In this document: positions 39,865 to 54,075 of the stretch, piece after piece
Layout: each line of letters begins with the position of its first letter
Numbering within the stretch: position 1 is the stretch's first letter
Source: Camelus ferus
Lineage: Eukaryota
Assembly: GCF_009834535.1 (NCBI RefSeq)
Contig: NC_045696.1
Location: 32,428,001 to 32,492,000, forward strand
Length of the DNA stretch: 64,000 nt
Direction: 5' to 3'
Made by a program: the position numbers and the translations under genes
The notes under the pieces: generated by a model
Told to the model about the DNA's origin: nothing
Databases searched by the model: none
The model's input: only the letters and a program-made list of their open reading frames with translations

Positions 39865-40658
39865 CAACCTGTATGTGTTGGATTTTTTTCTTTCTTTCTT
39901 TCTTTTTTTCTGTCTGTAGAGCACTGTTCAGTCCTGTAGTCTCAGTTCTTTCTGCTGGCTAAGCAATCCAGGAGCAACTTTTGATTTACATTTTTATTAT
40001 GGAATTCTTAAAGCTGATAATTCTAATAAGCACTTTACCAGTTCCCCTATGGATTTCTGCAACCATCTCAAGCTTTTCACATTTTCTATTCAAACTTTAC
40101 CTTACATTGCCTGTCATTTCTCATATATTTCTGACACTCTCCTTTTTCTGCCTCTGTGTAACTGGGAAAAAGAGTGAAGGGGAAATGCTATTCCTCCTTC
40201 AAGCATAACGTGGTTTTTTGTTTGTTTGTTTTTCCTATATTAGAGGCATAACTTTTCCTGAGAACTCTATCGAGTTGTTTTCAATTATTAGCTGAAAGTC
40301 TGACTATTAGCCAGAAGAATGTGTGTGTTCTTTAGTTTAAAAAAATAAGTGTTGCAAAACTGAAAGAAGTTTGTAAAGTGCAAGTGTTGACCAGGCAATT
40401 TTGGCATGACATTAATTTTAAAGAACCTCAATCTGAACCACTGAGAGTTTGTTACGTGTAGTGTTATCTCCACTATAAAACTTTGTGTTTAACTCTGTAT
40501 ACATAGATATTTTATCATCATACCTATAAGCAGTGGTCGTCTCATTGACTTTCAAAGAACCTGGTATCAATTTACTTACCCTCCGCATCTTCAGGAGATG
40601 TAGAAAGAGAGATGTTTGGTACAAAATATTTGAATGCATCTATATACATAGTTTAAAG

Positions 40659-40752
40659 CCATGGTTCTCAAACTTAGTGCACATAAGATTCACCAAAAGT
40701 GTTTGTTTAAACGTGTTTCTAGGGTCCTCCCATTCAGGAATTCCAATTCAAG
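40659..40752. mobile_element. MER5-like hAT-Charlie MITE fragment
   Basis: catggttctcaaacttagtgcacataagattcacc resembles the MER5 terminus. Confidence 0.55.
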
Positions 40753-42714
40753 AAGTCTTGAAAATGGATAAACAAATAGGCTTTGCCAAACCTGGCCTAG
40801 GAAATCGTACGTTCAATGAAGAAAAAAGTCTATTAACTGTCCCACTGACTATTTTTTCTACAAATGAATAGAAAAGATAAAATAGTTGATAGAAAATCTC
40901 TTTTATACAGATTCTTTGGGTACTTTTCCTCTGTTTTTCATTTTAGTGGTAGTATATTTTAAGAGACATTTAGACACACTTTACTCAATATTACTAATGC
41001 TGCACATTTTATAGCATGAGTTCATGAGAGCTATTAATTACATTTCTGATATAAGCTATGTACTTCAAACAAAATTTTAGCCTAATGCCTTGATTTTATG
41101 GTTATGATTTGTATACAAATAAGGGATTTAAAGGCTCATCTGCAGTAAGATCAAAGCCTGTAAGAGAGAGATGTGTTGTCAGAATCATACATAAATACAT
41201 TAGAGTTTCTCTTAGGGATAAAGCAGCAAGAATATTTAATTATTGCAAATTTGTGGGGGGAGCAGTGTATAATATATTATTTATTGTGGCATTTCATGCT
41301 AGATTAAGCAACATCATAGTAATGCCAATGCCATTTAGAAGCTAAAGAATTAAAATAGAACTCCCCAGAGGACAGAAAATCATCATGTTGTTTTATACCA
41401 AAACATTTCTTGGCTAAAAATTTAACTTTTCCTATACATGCATATTTATTTCCTTATAAAATAGCTTGATGAATATATGCTGTGATTTAAAATTTTGTTC
41501 TTTTGTAATAGGAATGAAGCCCAGAGGTCTAAAATCCATTTTTTTAAAAAAAGTAAATACCCCTAAAAACCTTATTTCCAGAGTTTTCTAACTTATAGGG
41601 AATTCATATACTTGTAGCAAGAACTAAATATAATATTTTGAAATTTTTCATTATTCAATTATTTTTATGCTTTTGATGATAATCTTTCAGTTAAATTGTT
41701 CTTTATTTACCTATACAGTCAAACTTATATTTCTTAACTCACTGTATTTTCCATTTTAAAAAGGTACAGTACTGTTAGAGGCAGAAGACCTTAGACTCAT
41801 GAAAATAAAGATTTCTGCGTGTATCCTGCAGAGATGTTAGAAAATAGAAATATTTTACATATGCACAATGAATTATACAGCAGAAAAGGATTATTGAACT
41901 GGGCCCCATACATTTTGTAAATGACCTTAAATTGCCACTGCTCTTCAGGGCTTGCTTTGCCCGTGCTAGTCTGACCCCAAATGAGCAATGAGAAGACAGA
42001 AGTCAGGGTGCTGTGTAGAGCAATCGAGCGTTTGTGTGAGGATGAGGGGCAGGTCTTAAATGTGAAAAAAAAAAGTTTCATGAAAGTATGCCTATACAAT
42101 TTATTTTTTCTGATTAAATAATACTGTGTCATATAATAAATATTGATGTAGATACATGCATACGAAATGCATAAATTGAAAACTTTCAGTCATTAACAAT
42201 TCTGAAGTTAAATACTGTGTCAGGAGAATGTCCCATATCCCAGGCAGTCTCAACATCTTGTCCCTGCAAAGTTAATCTTAGGCTCATTAAAAGGATAATG
42301 AAAAGTAGGCTGAGTCTTAACTTTTGACTAACACTCAGCTTTACTTTTCAGTTGTGCTCTATTCAAGCAAAGGCTTTGGTTATAAAAGTCTGTGCTGTGG
42401 ACTTCCAGTTTGAAATACTGCATAAGATGACTAAATGCTAATGTATAGAAAAACATTCAATTTTTGTAGATGATTGAAAAGCTTATAAAAAGTTTCATCA
42501 AACATGGTAAGACGAGGAAACAGGAAAGCCTTGAGTTTTAAATTTTAAAGTCATAAAAATTTGCACTTTGTATTCATACATTCTTTACCAGCTGTTGCAC
42601 ATTGCATAGTGCATTCCAACAAAATCAACGTGGAAACTAACTAAATTCATATGTCAAAACTTGTTTGCAAATCCTGCCTTTTATTTTCTTCTTGTTCATT
42701 CACATTTTACTCTG

Positions 42715-42877
42715 ATTTCTCACAGTTTTGAAGGCTGAAAAGTCCAAAATCAAGATGTTGGCAAGATAGATTTGATTTTCGACCTTTCAGCCTCCAGAAC
42801 TGTGAGAAATAAATAATTGTTGTTTAAGCCACCCAGGCTATGGGAATTTGTTATAGCAGATGGAGCAACCTCAGACA
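42715..42877. mobile_element. MLT1 (MaLR) LTR 3' fragments in inverted arrangement
   Basis: 42772-42877 is a sense MLT1 3' end (cagcctccagaactgtgagaaataaa...gtttaagccacccag...ttgttatagcag...gaca); 42715-42765 is the same region in antisense. Confidence 0.85.
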
Positions 42878-43060
42878 AGCAGCAAGGTGTTAGAGCTTGA
42901 ACTATACCATCTTCTCATATATTTTTATGTAAGTATAAGCTTTACTGGAAACATTCTTTAGAGTTCAGTAAAGAATGAACGTTAAATATCGCCTATAACT
43001 ATCCCAAATGGATTTTAAACTGTCTTTATCAGTATAACATAATTAAAAAATAAGTCTGAT

Positions 43061-43365
43061 CAGGGGATTTTAGAGCAGTGAAACTATTCTGAATATCATT
43101 GGTGGATACATGTTGTTATACATTTGTCAACATCCATAGACTATACAACGCAGAGAGTGAGCCCCATTGTAAACTGTGGATTTAGTTAATAATAAAGTAT
43201 CAGTATTGGTTCATCAGTTGTAACAAAGGTACCACAGTGATGGAAGATACTAGTGGGGTGGAGGGTATATGGGAACTCTTCTATACTTTCCTTTCAATTT
43301 TCTGCAAACTTGAAAGTATATGAAAATAATTCCCATTAATTAAAAACAAACAAACAAACAAAAAA
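43061..43365 (+). mobile_element. L1MC-type 3' UTR fragment
   Basis: gcagtgaaactattctg...ggtggatacatg...catttgtcaa...gtaaactgtgga...tgtaacaaa...tatatgggaactct, followed by an A-rich/(AAAC)n tail. Confidence 0.8.
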
Positions 43366-44404
43366 CTGCTAGGCAAGTGTCACTTTTTTTCACTTATGAC
43401 GAGTGTTACCTATTTTAGTTGGGTTAGACCCAGAGAGTGATCACTGTGATAAAAACTTTTTTTACGTTTCTTTTATTGCCATTGAATCTTAGACTGTATC
43501 CTGCTTATCCAAAAAACATTTTTATGTAAAAGAATATATGGCTTGTTCATATTTCTAGTGAATTGAGTAATTCTTGTAGCAATTGAAACAATCAGGAAGT
43601 AAAAAAATTAATTAACTCAGATGTAAAATTTAAACTGCACTCTCCCTCCCTTCAAAATAGTGTTTATAGTGGCAGCTGAGCATTACTGAGGTGGTTACAG
43701 GAAGAATTTCCTCTTCTAATAATTTAGAAGTAAAAGATACTGACTGTCTAACAATAGTAGAGCCTGTAGCTTCTCCATCTATACTTTTTCTCAATATTCG
43801 ATTATGTTTGACCCACTTTCCTAATTTTTAAATCTTACTGGCTCATTTTGAGAGAAAAAATGAGTAGGGTTAGAAAACAAAGAGTGCAAAGATTCCAGAC
43901 AAGTACAAAAGCAATTTTGTTGTCCACTGTTTTAGACTGACCTGTTCTGTGGATACTCATATTTCCACACTGAAACATTGGCCTCACTCATGTAGACCAT
44001 CTATTCATCACATAATACTGACCATATGCTGTGAAAAAAACATGGGCTAAAGACCGCTGTCACTTATTGTTATGGGCTGCTTGATCTTGAGTTCTAGAAT
44101 ATCAAGTTTGAGAGACCACTTTGAGTCTTGAATGTTGAACAATAGAGGCTTAAGCTGGGTGGAATGAAGACTCATTTTTCTCCTCTTCTTATGGATGAAT
44201 GTCCTCCATGATATCATGACAGGTGCCACTTAGCATTTCCAACAAATTTTCATGCATCTTGTATAATTGCAATAAATATAACATCTTAGGACCCATCATA
44301 GAAATATGGCTACTACTACTACAACTAATCATCATAATATTAAAACAACAACAATAATAATAATAAACTGCCTTTTTAATAATTAAGCTTGGCATCCTCT
44401 AAAC

Positions 44405-44595
44405 CAGTGATTCCCAAACTTTGACATGTTTCAGAATAACGCGGGGAGTTTTCAAACCCAGGCGTCTGACCTCCTGCATCTACAGGCTTTCTGATTCCAC
44501 AGGTCAGGACAGGGCCTGTGAGTGTGCATATCCAACAAGCTCACAGCAGATGTGCCAGTGTTAGTGACCTCAGGTCCATAGTTTGAGGACCCCTA
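44405..44595. mobile_element. MER5A-like hAT-Charlie MITE
   Basis: Degenerate TIRs cagtgattcccaaa / tttgaggaccccta, ~190 bp, internal ttctgattcc-acaggtc...gggcctgtgagtgtgcat. Confidence 0.75.
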
Positions 44596-47500
44596 TACTG
44601 AATCAAATGACTGATGACAAATCATGCCAAAGCTTCATGAGATAAAATAGTTTTCACCATGGAAAGAGGGTCCATTTAAAAAGTGAGGCACATGTCAAGG
44701 TTTCTTTCTGAGATGGTTTTAAAGGCAGGCAGACTAAGAAAGAAGACCTACTTGTTATTTAACATGCCTACACTGGCACTGAGTTCTCTTTCAAACTTTT
44801 GCTGAACTAAAATTAGAAATAATGCCTAATGACGCTCTTTTGATCTTATACAGGCACCTACTTACCCGTGTCTGATATGGATTTCATTTTCTGATGTATT
44901 TCTTCCAATCATTAACTGCTAAGTATACTTTAAGTTTAGTTCTACATTCCAAATTAGACAATAATGCATAAAAAATGAAAGACAGGACATAAGTGACTTA
45001 CTTTAATTTCTATGGTGAATATGCGGTAACATGATGATGAAATTTTCAAGGTTTCTATTTGGATGTCCTATGGAAGGAAAGGAATTTATAGCCCAAACCA
45101 CTCCTCTGCAAAGAGACATGCAATGTGTTTTATTACAAAACCAAGACCCATTTTTTTCTTTCAGGTTTCCAGTTGGAAATTGTTAGAAATGGATGATAGT
45201 GGAGGCAAAATAATGAAAAAGTGAAATAGAAAATCTTCGCATCTAGGTACAGAGAGCCATAAAATATTTTTGCCAATCATATTACTTTAACAATAACAAA
45301 AAAAGGTGAGGGGAATTAAACTGTGATTCAGAGAAGGATGGCACTGAATGAAGCAAATGAAATTTCTTTGGTTTCTGTTTTTAATTTGTCAGAGTTGATG
45401 CTTACTGTACCTTTGTTGGCTTATGATAAGTGCTATATTTGAGTTTCAGTTTTTTAAAGACAAGGTAAATATTTTGGGGTAATTTTGTGAACCACAGACC
45501 TGCTAACAGTTTTGATATCACAGATTCTCACTTGCTATGACATTAATAAAATATGTGTAATTTTTGTTGTTATTTAATTAGAAGAATAAAAATTAATACA
45601 CTCTTTACCTAAAGCAAAATATGAATGCTTGTATTTTTAGACTTACTGATTAGAAGAATATAAGACTCAAGGTGAAGATGAAATGCTATCATTTGACTTT
45701 GAGAAAAGACATACAAGATCAAAGAATTCTAGGCTACAAGACAGGTAGAACTGAGGAACATTTGGGAATCTGGGGGGTTTTACCCCATGTGGAGCTCTCT
45801 GCTTTCAGTCCACCCTCTATGATTATATTCTCTTTGTGTTTGTTCCTGCTGTTAAAAATAGAGCATTTGGCATTAAAAGTGATCATCATTTACTGCTTAT
45901 TGTTTTAATGTATTTCTATAGACAAGTGTTTCTCTTTTTGAGTGTAGGCAGTATTTGGGAGCTAACTTAAATTATGGTTGTTATCTCTTCAACTTCTTTA
46001 TTTAACATGTAGAAATTAATTCATGCAGAAGAATCATGTTTTCAAAGCCAAGAAGGATGAGAAACATTTACTCTCTTAGGTTTCTTCTCAAGTTGCCTAC
46101 TGATTACTAAGTTATTTGTGATAAGTTTGCCATGTGTCCTCCAAATGTACGTGCAAACTGATTACCTCTACCTAATGGTTTTACATCTTCTCCTTTTCAC
46201 TTCCAGTTAGTTTTTTGTTTTTTATTTTTTGTTTTTAATTCAGCACACTATTTGTGCTTTGCTGATGTTTACAGTATTTTGGTTCATTTGCTGTATTTAC
46301 TCACAAATTGGTCACCGTGCATAATTGCTGTATGTGGACTTTTGTATAGGTTAATTTGAATTGAGTGGTTTACAAAGCAAGAAAGAAAAGGGCAGCAATT
46401 ATGCAAGTAAATATGGCATATAATTCCCTTTCTGTTTAATCAGTATGGTGGCATTAAGTATCAAAACAAAGATTCATTTAATCTGTTTCTTGACATTTTC
46501 TATTGCTATTGTTTTATAGAAAAAAAATGGGAAAGAAAACAACCTAGAAAGTTTGTACCTTACTTGTCAGTGATAACTTCAGTTGTGTCTTTGTTCTTTC
46601 CCTAAGGGATTGACATTAGAGTTCAATGCAAGTTTTTTTGTGTACACATATATTTCACTTCTACATTTTAATTAAAAGTGTTATTTAATTATGCATTATA
46701 ATCTGCATATATAAAACTTTTAGAATGCATATATAAATATACATGAGCCACACAGGATTGTAATAACAATTCATGTTACTTTTAAAGTTTTGCAATGTGC
46801 TGAAAAAATCTCTCTTCAAAAAACAAAAATCATCATTATTCCTGAATGCCAGAAGCAGGATTAATCATTTACAATTAAAACAGCACATCAATCTTTTAAA
46901 ATACTTCCATATTATAGCTTCCTTTCACTCCTGCTTGTATTAATGTTTAATGGAACTATTCATATATAAAGATCTTTGCACATTTGTATACATTTTGAAG
47001 GTATGTGGACTCATTTATTAATCTTAGCCTATGTCTCTCTGTAAACCAAGGATAGGAAAGGGGAATAAAGTGTCATAACAGGCCAACCTAGAATAATCTA
47101 AATTCACCTCTGAGACTATGGAGGCACTCAACCTCCCTTGAAGCAAATGGTATTAGAGCCAAAGCATGTGTCTGTTAGCAGGGAAACAGAAGTTGGAGGG
47201 TGGCCGTTGGATGTTTGTCTCAATTAGCAACTCATTATTTTGTCATCAGAATTACTCTAGTCCCTGTGATTGCCAGTGGGCTGAGCCTGGTGTATACCCT
47301 CTAAAGTTCATCAAGGCCACTCTCATTGCTACGCATTCTCTCAGTCTTAGTTTCATTTACTGAGTTTTAAATTTTGTGTATGAATCTAATCACCCTGTAG
47401 TAACTTGTTTGTTTCTACATCAGCAGATTTGCCAGGTTGAAGATACTAATTCCTTTTCTGAAAATTTATACTTGAGCTTCCCTTTCAGATTCAACTATTG

Positions 47501-48296
47501 TCTTTTATTTAAAGAGCCTTTATTATCAGCCAGTACCCGTTTTAATCCTTTTTCTTCCTTGTCCTTTTTCGCCCAATTCCTGGTAGAAGTAAAACCTGCT
47601 TGCCTGTATATTATGCTTTAAAACCACAATAAAGAGAAATAATAATAATTATGATGATGATAATATAATTATTATTGTCATTATTATTACATGTTAACAT
47701 GTAGAATACTGCCAATAAGTTAACACAGCAGTGGAGAGATTTTTGAGAGAAATATACCTTGTTTATTTATTTAGAGAAATTTTGAAATAAATTAGGCTCA
47801 GACTTTTAAAATACCACTCATCAGAATCTCAAAGTAGCATTTGTAATTTAACTGATTTGAGATTAAAATAATACTTATTTTGTATTATAGTCAAAACCAT
47901 ACAGAGATAGTAGACTCTTAAAAACAAAGGAAAGAACTTGAAAGATTATTTCATCTTTTTCCAAAACTTGAAACACCCTCTCTAAGAAAGTAAGAAGTAA
48001 GAAAGAAAAGTATTATTTTTTTAAATGGCTCAGTTTTATAAAGAGGATTGTACAAATGGTCCTAAATGTAAGAAACGTTGAGAGTATGTAAATTTGACAG
48101 ATGTTAACATATTAGATGCACTATGGGATAAAACAGCTATTAATTTATGTCTGAAGAGACTCAAAAAAAAAAAAAAAAAGGTCAGAAGATCAGACGTTCC
48201 TAGTGGACAAAAGCTGAAAAAAAAAATATGACAGTCAAATCCTATATGACCCCAGATTAATAACAATATGACATGGTAGAGATGGGACCTAGGCAA

Positions 48297-48741
48297 GATA
48301 TGTCAGGGTTCTCCAAAGAAACAGAACCAATAGAATATAGATAGATATAGATATACATATAGATAGATAGATATTTATCATAAGAATTGGTTCACACAGT
48401 TATGGAGGCCAAGAAGTTCTATGATCTGCTGTCTAAAAGCTGAAGAATCAGGAAAGTCTGAGAATAATGAGTTTGATGTCAGAGGGCAGGAGACGATGGA
48501 TGTCCCAGCTAAAAACAGAGTGGTTTTGCCCTTTCTCTGCCTCCTTGTTCTATTCAGGCTCTCAAAGGACTGGATGGTGCCTACTCACATTGGTGAGAGT
48601 AACCATCTTTTCCCAGTCTACCAAATCAAGTGCTAATCTCTTCCAGAAATGCTCTCACAGACACACCCAGAAATAATGTTTTACACGGTACCTGGGCATC
48701 CCTTAGCCCACCCAAGTTGACATATAAAATTTGCCATCTCA
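48297..48741 (-). mobile_element. MLT2B-type ERVL solo LTR with internal (GATA)n
   Basis: The minus strand reads tgagatggcaaattttatatgtcaacttgggtgggctaagggatgcccagg...aaaacattatttctgggtgtgtctgtgag (MLT2 5' end); the other end is gtcagggttctccaaagaaacagaacc. Confidence 0.9.
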
Positions 48742-49271
48742 GTCATTCTATTATAAATATTGATGAGATTATATTAGAGTTTTTGTTTTGTTTTAATGAA
48801 TTGAGTTTTTTTCTTTTTAAAATGGATTGAAAAGAATGGAATAAAAATTTTAATATGCTTCAAGTCATATTAAAGCTAATAGAGTTAGAAGAGCAAAGAC
48901 CTGAACATGGCTAACATCAAGTTTGTGAAAAGTTACAACACAGAGGACTCTTAAGCAGCCTGGTAAATGGACTTAAATAACAGGAAAAGAAAACTAGATC
49001 ACATTCCAATTCTCTTAATTGTGATTGAAGTTTCAACAGTCTTTTTTTAGCATTTGGATTTGTTCTTTAGGTGAAAGAAATTCAGTAATGATTTAGATCT
49101 TACCAACCTAGAGATAGGTTATGGGATCTATTCCTTTCCAACACTGATCATTTATTATTTGATAAATGTAAAGAGTGAAAAGATGCCTTTTTTCTTTCTT
49201 AATGACACTACCTCTCAACTTCTCACCTATTTTAAAGAATTGGTGGTCAACAAAATTTTATATGTATTTTA

Positions 49272-49328
49272 CATATATATATACACACACACACATACAT
49301 ACACACACACACACACACATACACACAT
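49272..49328. repeat. (TA)n(CA)n microsatellite
   Basis: Direct reading. Confidence 0.9.
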
Positions 49329-52294
49329 CTGTCTTAATTGACAAGTATTAACACAAAACTGAAATAAAGGATTCTGGGTTTTCTGCCATAAATCCCAACA
49401 TCATCCTTTTTAGAGAGGGGATTATATCTGGCTTCCTGAATGGTTTTTAACATCTGCTTGTTCAAGGAGAATATTAATGTGTCCTATAAAATCCAAATAG
49501 AAAAATAGGCTAATTATAACAATTGTGTCTTAAATATATTCAAATATGTAACTTTTCATGTTCTTACTGGATAAGTGAGCTTTTCTTATGCCTATTTAAA
49601 AACCTCTTTGATTTTATATAATTCCTAATGTTTAAAATCATCACGTTTGTGACTAAAGTGGTGCATACTAACCTACATAAAATATTTTCATAAACGTTTG
49701 AAAATACAGTTAATTTCAAATAATACACTTGCTATTATATGCTAGACTTGACATAGTAATAAGTTGATAAAATTTGATAAAATACAAGTTAACCTAAGAT
49801 TCCATTTAATAAGAACCAAAAGCTTCAAAGACAGCATTACAAAGAGTGCTAAAATAGAAAAGAAAAAAAGTTCATCTGGAATTCCTCCAAATAAGAGAAA
49901 TACAAGTCTTATTAAGATATAAATATAGGAGGTCACAAATACTGTTTACTCAAAAAATAAGTTGGTACATTTCTAATCAGTACCTTTGCCCCACCTTCTC
50001 CATCATGCATACTTAAGCAAATTAATCTAAGTAGAAAAAGTGAGATAGGGTTCAAAAGAGAATGTTTAGCTATAAATTACCACACTTAATGATCCTCTCT
50101 TGGAAACAGTAATGGCTAGTTAAAAGAGCTGAAAATGTACAGTATTTTCATCTTTTTATGCCCTATTTTCAGCATTTATTTTTTCAATCATTACATACAG
50201 GCTTAATGCAGCAAAAATATCTTTATTTTAAGCTATCTTTTAAGAATTTTATTTAATAGGATTTCCTAGTAACCTTCTCCAAAGCAGAAAGAAAAGTTGG
50301 GAAAAGATCCAGAACTTCCTGCTTGACCTAGAATGTGAACATAGCTCTCAGAAATAAATCCATGAACATGTTAGGATTATGAAGAGAAGAAGTTGAGACC
50401 ATGTTTTTAATTTGTGACTTTTTTGGGGTTTTTTCTAGAATTATGTCCTTAAATTTTAATGGGCCTGGTCTTTGAAAATTACAATATTTTATTTTGCTTA
50501 CCACATTGTTTCTAAGAGGAGAACGGTCCATGAAACTTTCCAAGTATATGAGCAATTTATATATCTAAGTTATATTTAATCTCTAGAATCACTATTAGTA
50601 ACCCCTAAAACCAAGAATCATTTATTAAGTAAGTTGTAACATTACTCACTTATATCTTAGAACTAGATGACAAATTTATAGCTACAATAATTTGAGGGGA
50701 AATAACCAAATTCATTTTGACAAATACAAAATAGATGAACTACAGCTGACTGAATGGCTAACCTATGAATTAAATTGCACAGTAATTGTAAGCTGAAGAT
50801 AGGAGCTCATTTTATCCAAATCCAAGAAGTCAGACTGTGGGTGAAATGTTGAAGCTGAATATATTTTATGCATCAAAATTGTTTGATTAGAAGGTCAAGT
50901 AGTAGGATGTAAAATATCCACCATTCTCTTCCCTGAAATTTTTTTTACTAGCTTCTAGATTTGTGATAGCTTAACCATCTAGTATTTAGCCTTTTCTTGA
51001 GAGTATAAAAGAAATAGTTGGCCAGTCAATTCACTAATAGTCTAAAAGTCAACACTGTGTGTCATAATTCCTTTTGTAAAAGCACCCAGTTTTAAGAGTC
51101 ATCACTTTCTGAATTCATACTAAAATATTAGGAAATGACAGAGCAGGTATTGTTTGTGACTTAAATCCTTCACTCAGAATGTAACAGCTGTATTATCAAA
51201 CCATCCTTAGAAACCGCTGCTACCTTCCAGCAGTTTATGAAAGTCACAATAGTGCCAGCATTATCTCCAACAAATAATTAATTTCATGCAAAAACTTCTG
51301 TCATCATTTTGAATATGTCTAAATCTCCATGTAAAGGCTATTGAAAACATCCTCCTACTCATAGTTAATTACATCTTGCTTTGGATAATTCTAACATTAA
51401 GGAAATAATCTTTTTTCAGCTCTTAGAGATGAAACATGGAAACCTTTGTTTTGTAGTCTGTGCATCTGTAACTCCAGTGGAATTGTAACATTTGTGATGT
51501 ATCATTTGAAGCTATGAAGCAATTGTTTCTATTCCAGTTAACTCAGGGATAGCTTTTGTATTAGTTCAGCTGTAGCTAGGTACTCATTCTTGCCGTGCTC
51601 ATAATGCGGCTGCAGAAGCATTTCCAAATTGCCTTGCACAAAATGTACCATTATTAATGCAACACTGTTTTTTCACTGTGAACCACTGAGTACTTTGTCA
51701 TATAAAATTCACATAGATCATAGGTATGTATATAATTTATATGTAAGCTGAAAAAATTAAAAGGCACAGGGTAAAAAAAAATCATGAAAAATGTATAGTC
51801 TTACACTTAAATAGTAATAGTGAAACAACTTTCTCACTACAGGTAAGATGCAAAAATTAAAAAAAGAAATAGAGCAACTACTAAAGGGATGTGCATAATA
51901 CAAAACTAATTGAAAGGCATTTTTGTGACAATCTGCATCTATCATCCATTTTGATTTTCTCTTGACCCAGTGAAGTTTTTTTTTCTTCACATTATTTTGC
52001 CTCTTTAGGTTACTTGGGTTATTGATAATATCAGGAACTACTTTAAAAGCTTGATCTCGGCAGAGCCCCGATTTACTGAATTGAAAAACATTTTCAGGGG
52101 CATTAATAGTTAAATTCTTCTATAAGCTGCAAACTCAGGGAGAATTTTATTCTTTTGGCTGAAAAGTTTGAAGCTCCTGGTTTAATTGACTGTCATTTTG
52201 GCAATAAAATATTATTTGAATTTTGAAAGAACATCACTAGAGAGTTTAACAAATATTTCCTTTTGATGTGGAAGCAGCAAACTTATAATGAGGA

Positions 52295-52490
52295 GGTCCT
52301 GGATGTGTGATCAGAAGACTAGGTTTGTGTTCTGACTCTGCCATGTTCTAGCTATGTTGTATTAGAGAAGTTATATGATCTCTTTATGGTCAGTTTCATC
52401 ATTTACAATATAAGGATAACAATATCTCCTTCATAATATCTTTTCATAATGTGATGATGTAAAATGTATTTAAAAAGGTTTTATGCACCA
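52295..52490 (+). mobile_element. MIR SINE
   Basis: tcagaagactaggttt...ctgactctgcca...agctatg...cagtttcatcatttacaatataaggataacaata. Confidence 0.7.
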
Positions 52491-52919
52491 CGTGATGAAA
52501 GCAACTGCATGGTTTTAAATTATGTGGCTCAATGCTGAATGCTGACCTAGGATAAACAAAGGAATAAGGCACAATCTCTCCCTCCCTGAATAAGAAACAT
52601 GCACAAATGACTATGTTATAATGCACTCATCATATACGGTTAAATAGAAGTATATATTTATACTTACTATAAACTTAGTTAAGCCATTTAACATTTCTCT
52701 TAGTGCAAGTTCTTTTTCTATAAAATGAAATGCTTGCCTGCATTTTTTGGCACGGACTCAGGATTAAATATCACTTATTTACTTTACATTAATTAACACC
52801 TAGTAAATGACCAAATATTGAGATAATCACTAAAAAATAAAAAAAGATAAAACATTCCCTATATTCTCATTGTAAAATAGGGAAGATAGGTAAATTATAA
52901 AAATAATTATTATCTAGGA

Positions 52920-53133
52920 CAAATATTGGCAAATTATATCCTACGGATCAAATCTGGCCCACTGCTTGTTTTGTATGTACCAAGAAGTAAAAATGATTTT
53001 TTACATTATTAAATGTCAGATGTAAAATTTAAACAGACTATTAGTCTTTCCAAGAAAACAGTTGCTCAGTTTTGCCTCTAGGCCCACAGAGCCTAAAATC
53101 TGGCCTTTTACAGAAACAGTTTGTTGAGCTCTG
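52920..53133. mobile_element. MER58-like hAT-Charlie MITE
   Basis: ttggcaaattat...caaatctggcccactgcttgttttgt...ggcccacagagcctaaaat-ctggccttttacagaaacagtttg...ctg, flanked by tctag on both sides. Confidence 0.8.
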
Positions 53134-53794
53134 ATCTAGAACGATGATCAAAGCGAATGAAGTATGAATAGTTTGTTTGTAAAGGAAGTTAGGGAAAATC
53201 TGAATGAGCATATGGTGGGTCATGTAATGTGAGTAACATACAGAGTTAACTAGACAGAAGTGTGATTCTGTGTGGGCGTGTGTGTGTGTTTGCGTGTGGG
53301 TGATATGTTGGAAAGGAAAGCAGAGAATGTTCGAGTGCATGGGCAGGTGAGGACAAGTGCAGAAAATTACCAGTAGCTCAGGAGGGCTGGAGGACAAGTC
53401 CTTGTGTGTCTTGCCTGGGAAATTTTATCCTTAGGCTCGTGGAATTCAGTAGTGGACAAACTGATTATGATCATGTTTTTGTTTTAGAAGGGACACTCAG
53501 AAGGCAGTAAAAAGATTGGTAGGAGATTATTACTATAATCTGCTATCTGTGAATAAGAAGGTAGGAAGAGAAACAGAGCGAAACAGAGATAGATGGAGAG
53601 ACAAGAAGGCAATAGAGAAACAATAGATTTGGAAACAAGGATGCAGTAGTGTTGCACCTTTGTGTCAGCAAAAGGGGCTTGGTATGAAAACTCCAACTAG
53701 TGAGAGTCCTTGTAAAGAGAAGGAGAAGAGATCTTGAAGACAGACAGTGCTTTCAAGAATTCGGTCTGTTAAGGGAGAAAAAGATGCTAGATAG

Positions 53795-54075
53795 GATTGG
53801 GTGATGTTTCCTCCACTATAAAATAGGGACTATATGACTATTTAGTTAATAAGCTTATTGAGAAGATGACATTACTGAATAAAGTGGTTTGAACTATGCC
53901 CGATAAGTAGTAAGAGCTAAATTAATATTAGCTGTTATTACCTAACTGGACAAGTAGTAGAGCTTGAATCTCAGATTTCTGCTGTAAAATTAGGATAATG
54001 ACACTCACCTTTAGGGTTTTCCGGGGGATATTTGTAAAGAGCTTGCATTACAAGATTCATGCTCAATAAGTGTTG
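53795..54075 (+). mobile_element. Two adjacent MIR fragments
   Basis: gtttcctccactataaaataggg and ctcagatttctgctgtaaaattaggataatg cores. Confidence 0.55.

Noticed and set aside
39880..39925. Strong polypyrimidine tract plus AG as a coding-exon acceptor
   Set aside because: It derives from TC/TTTC simple repeats, and no recognisable reading frame or good donor follows.
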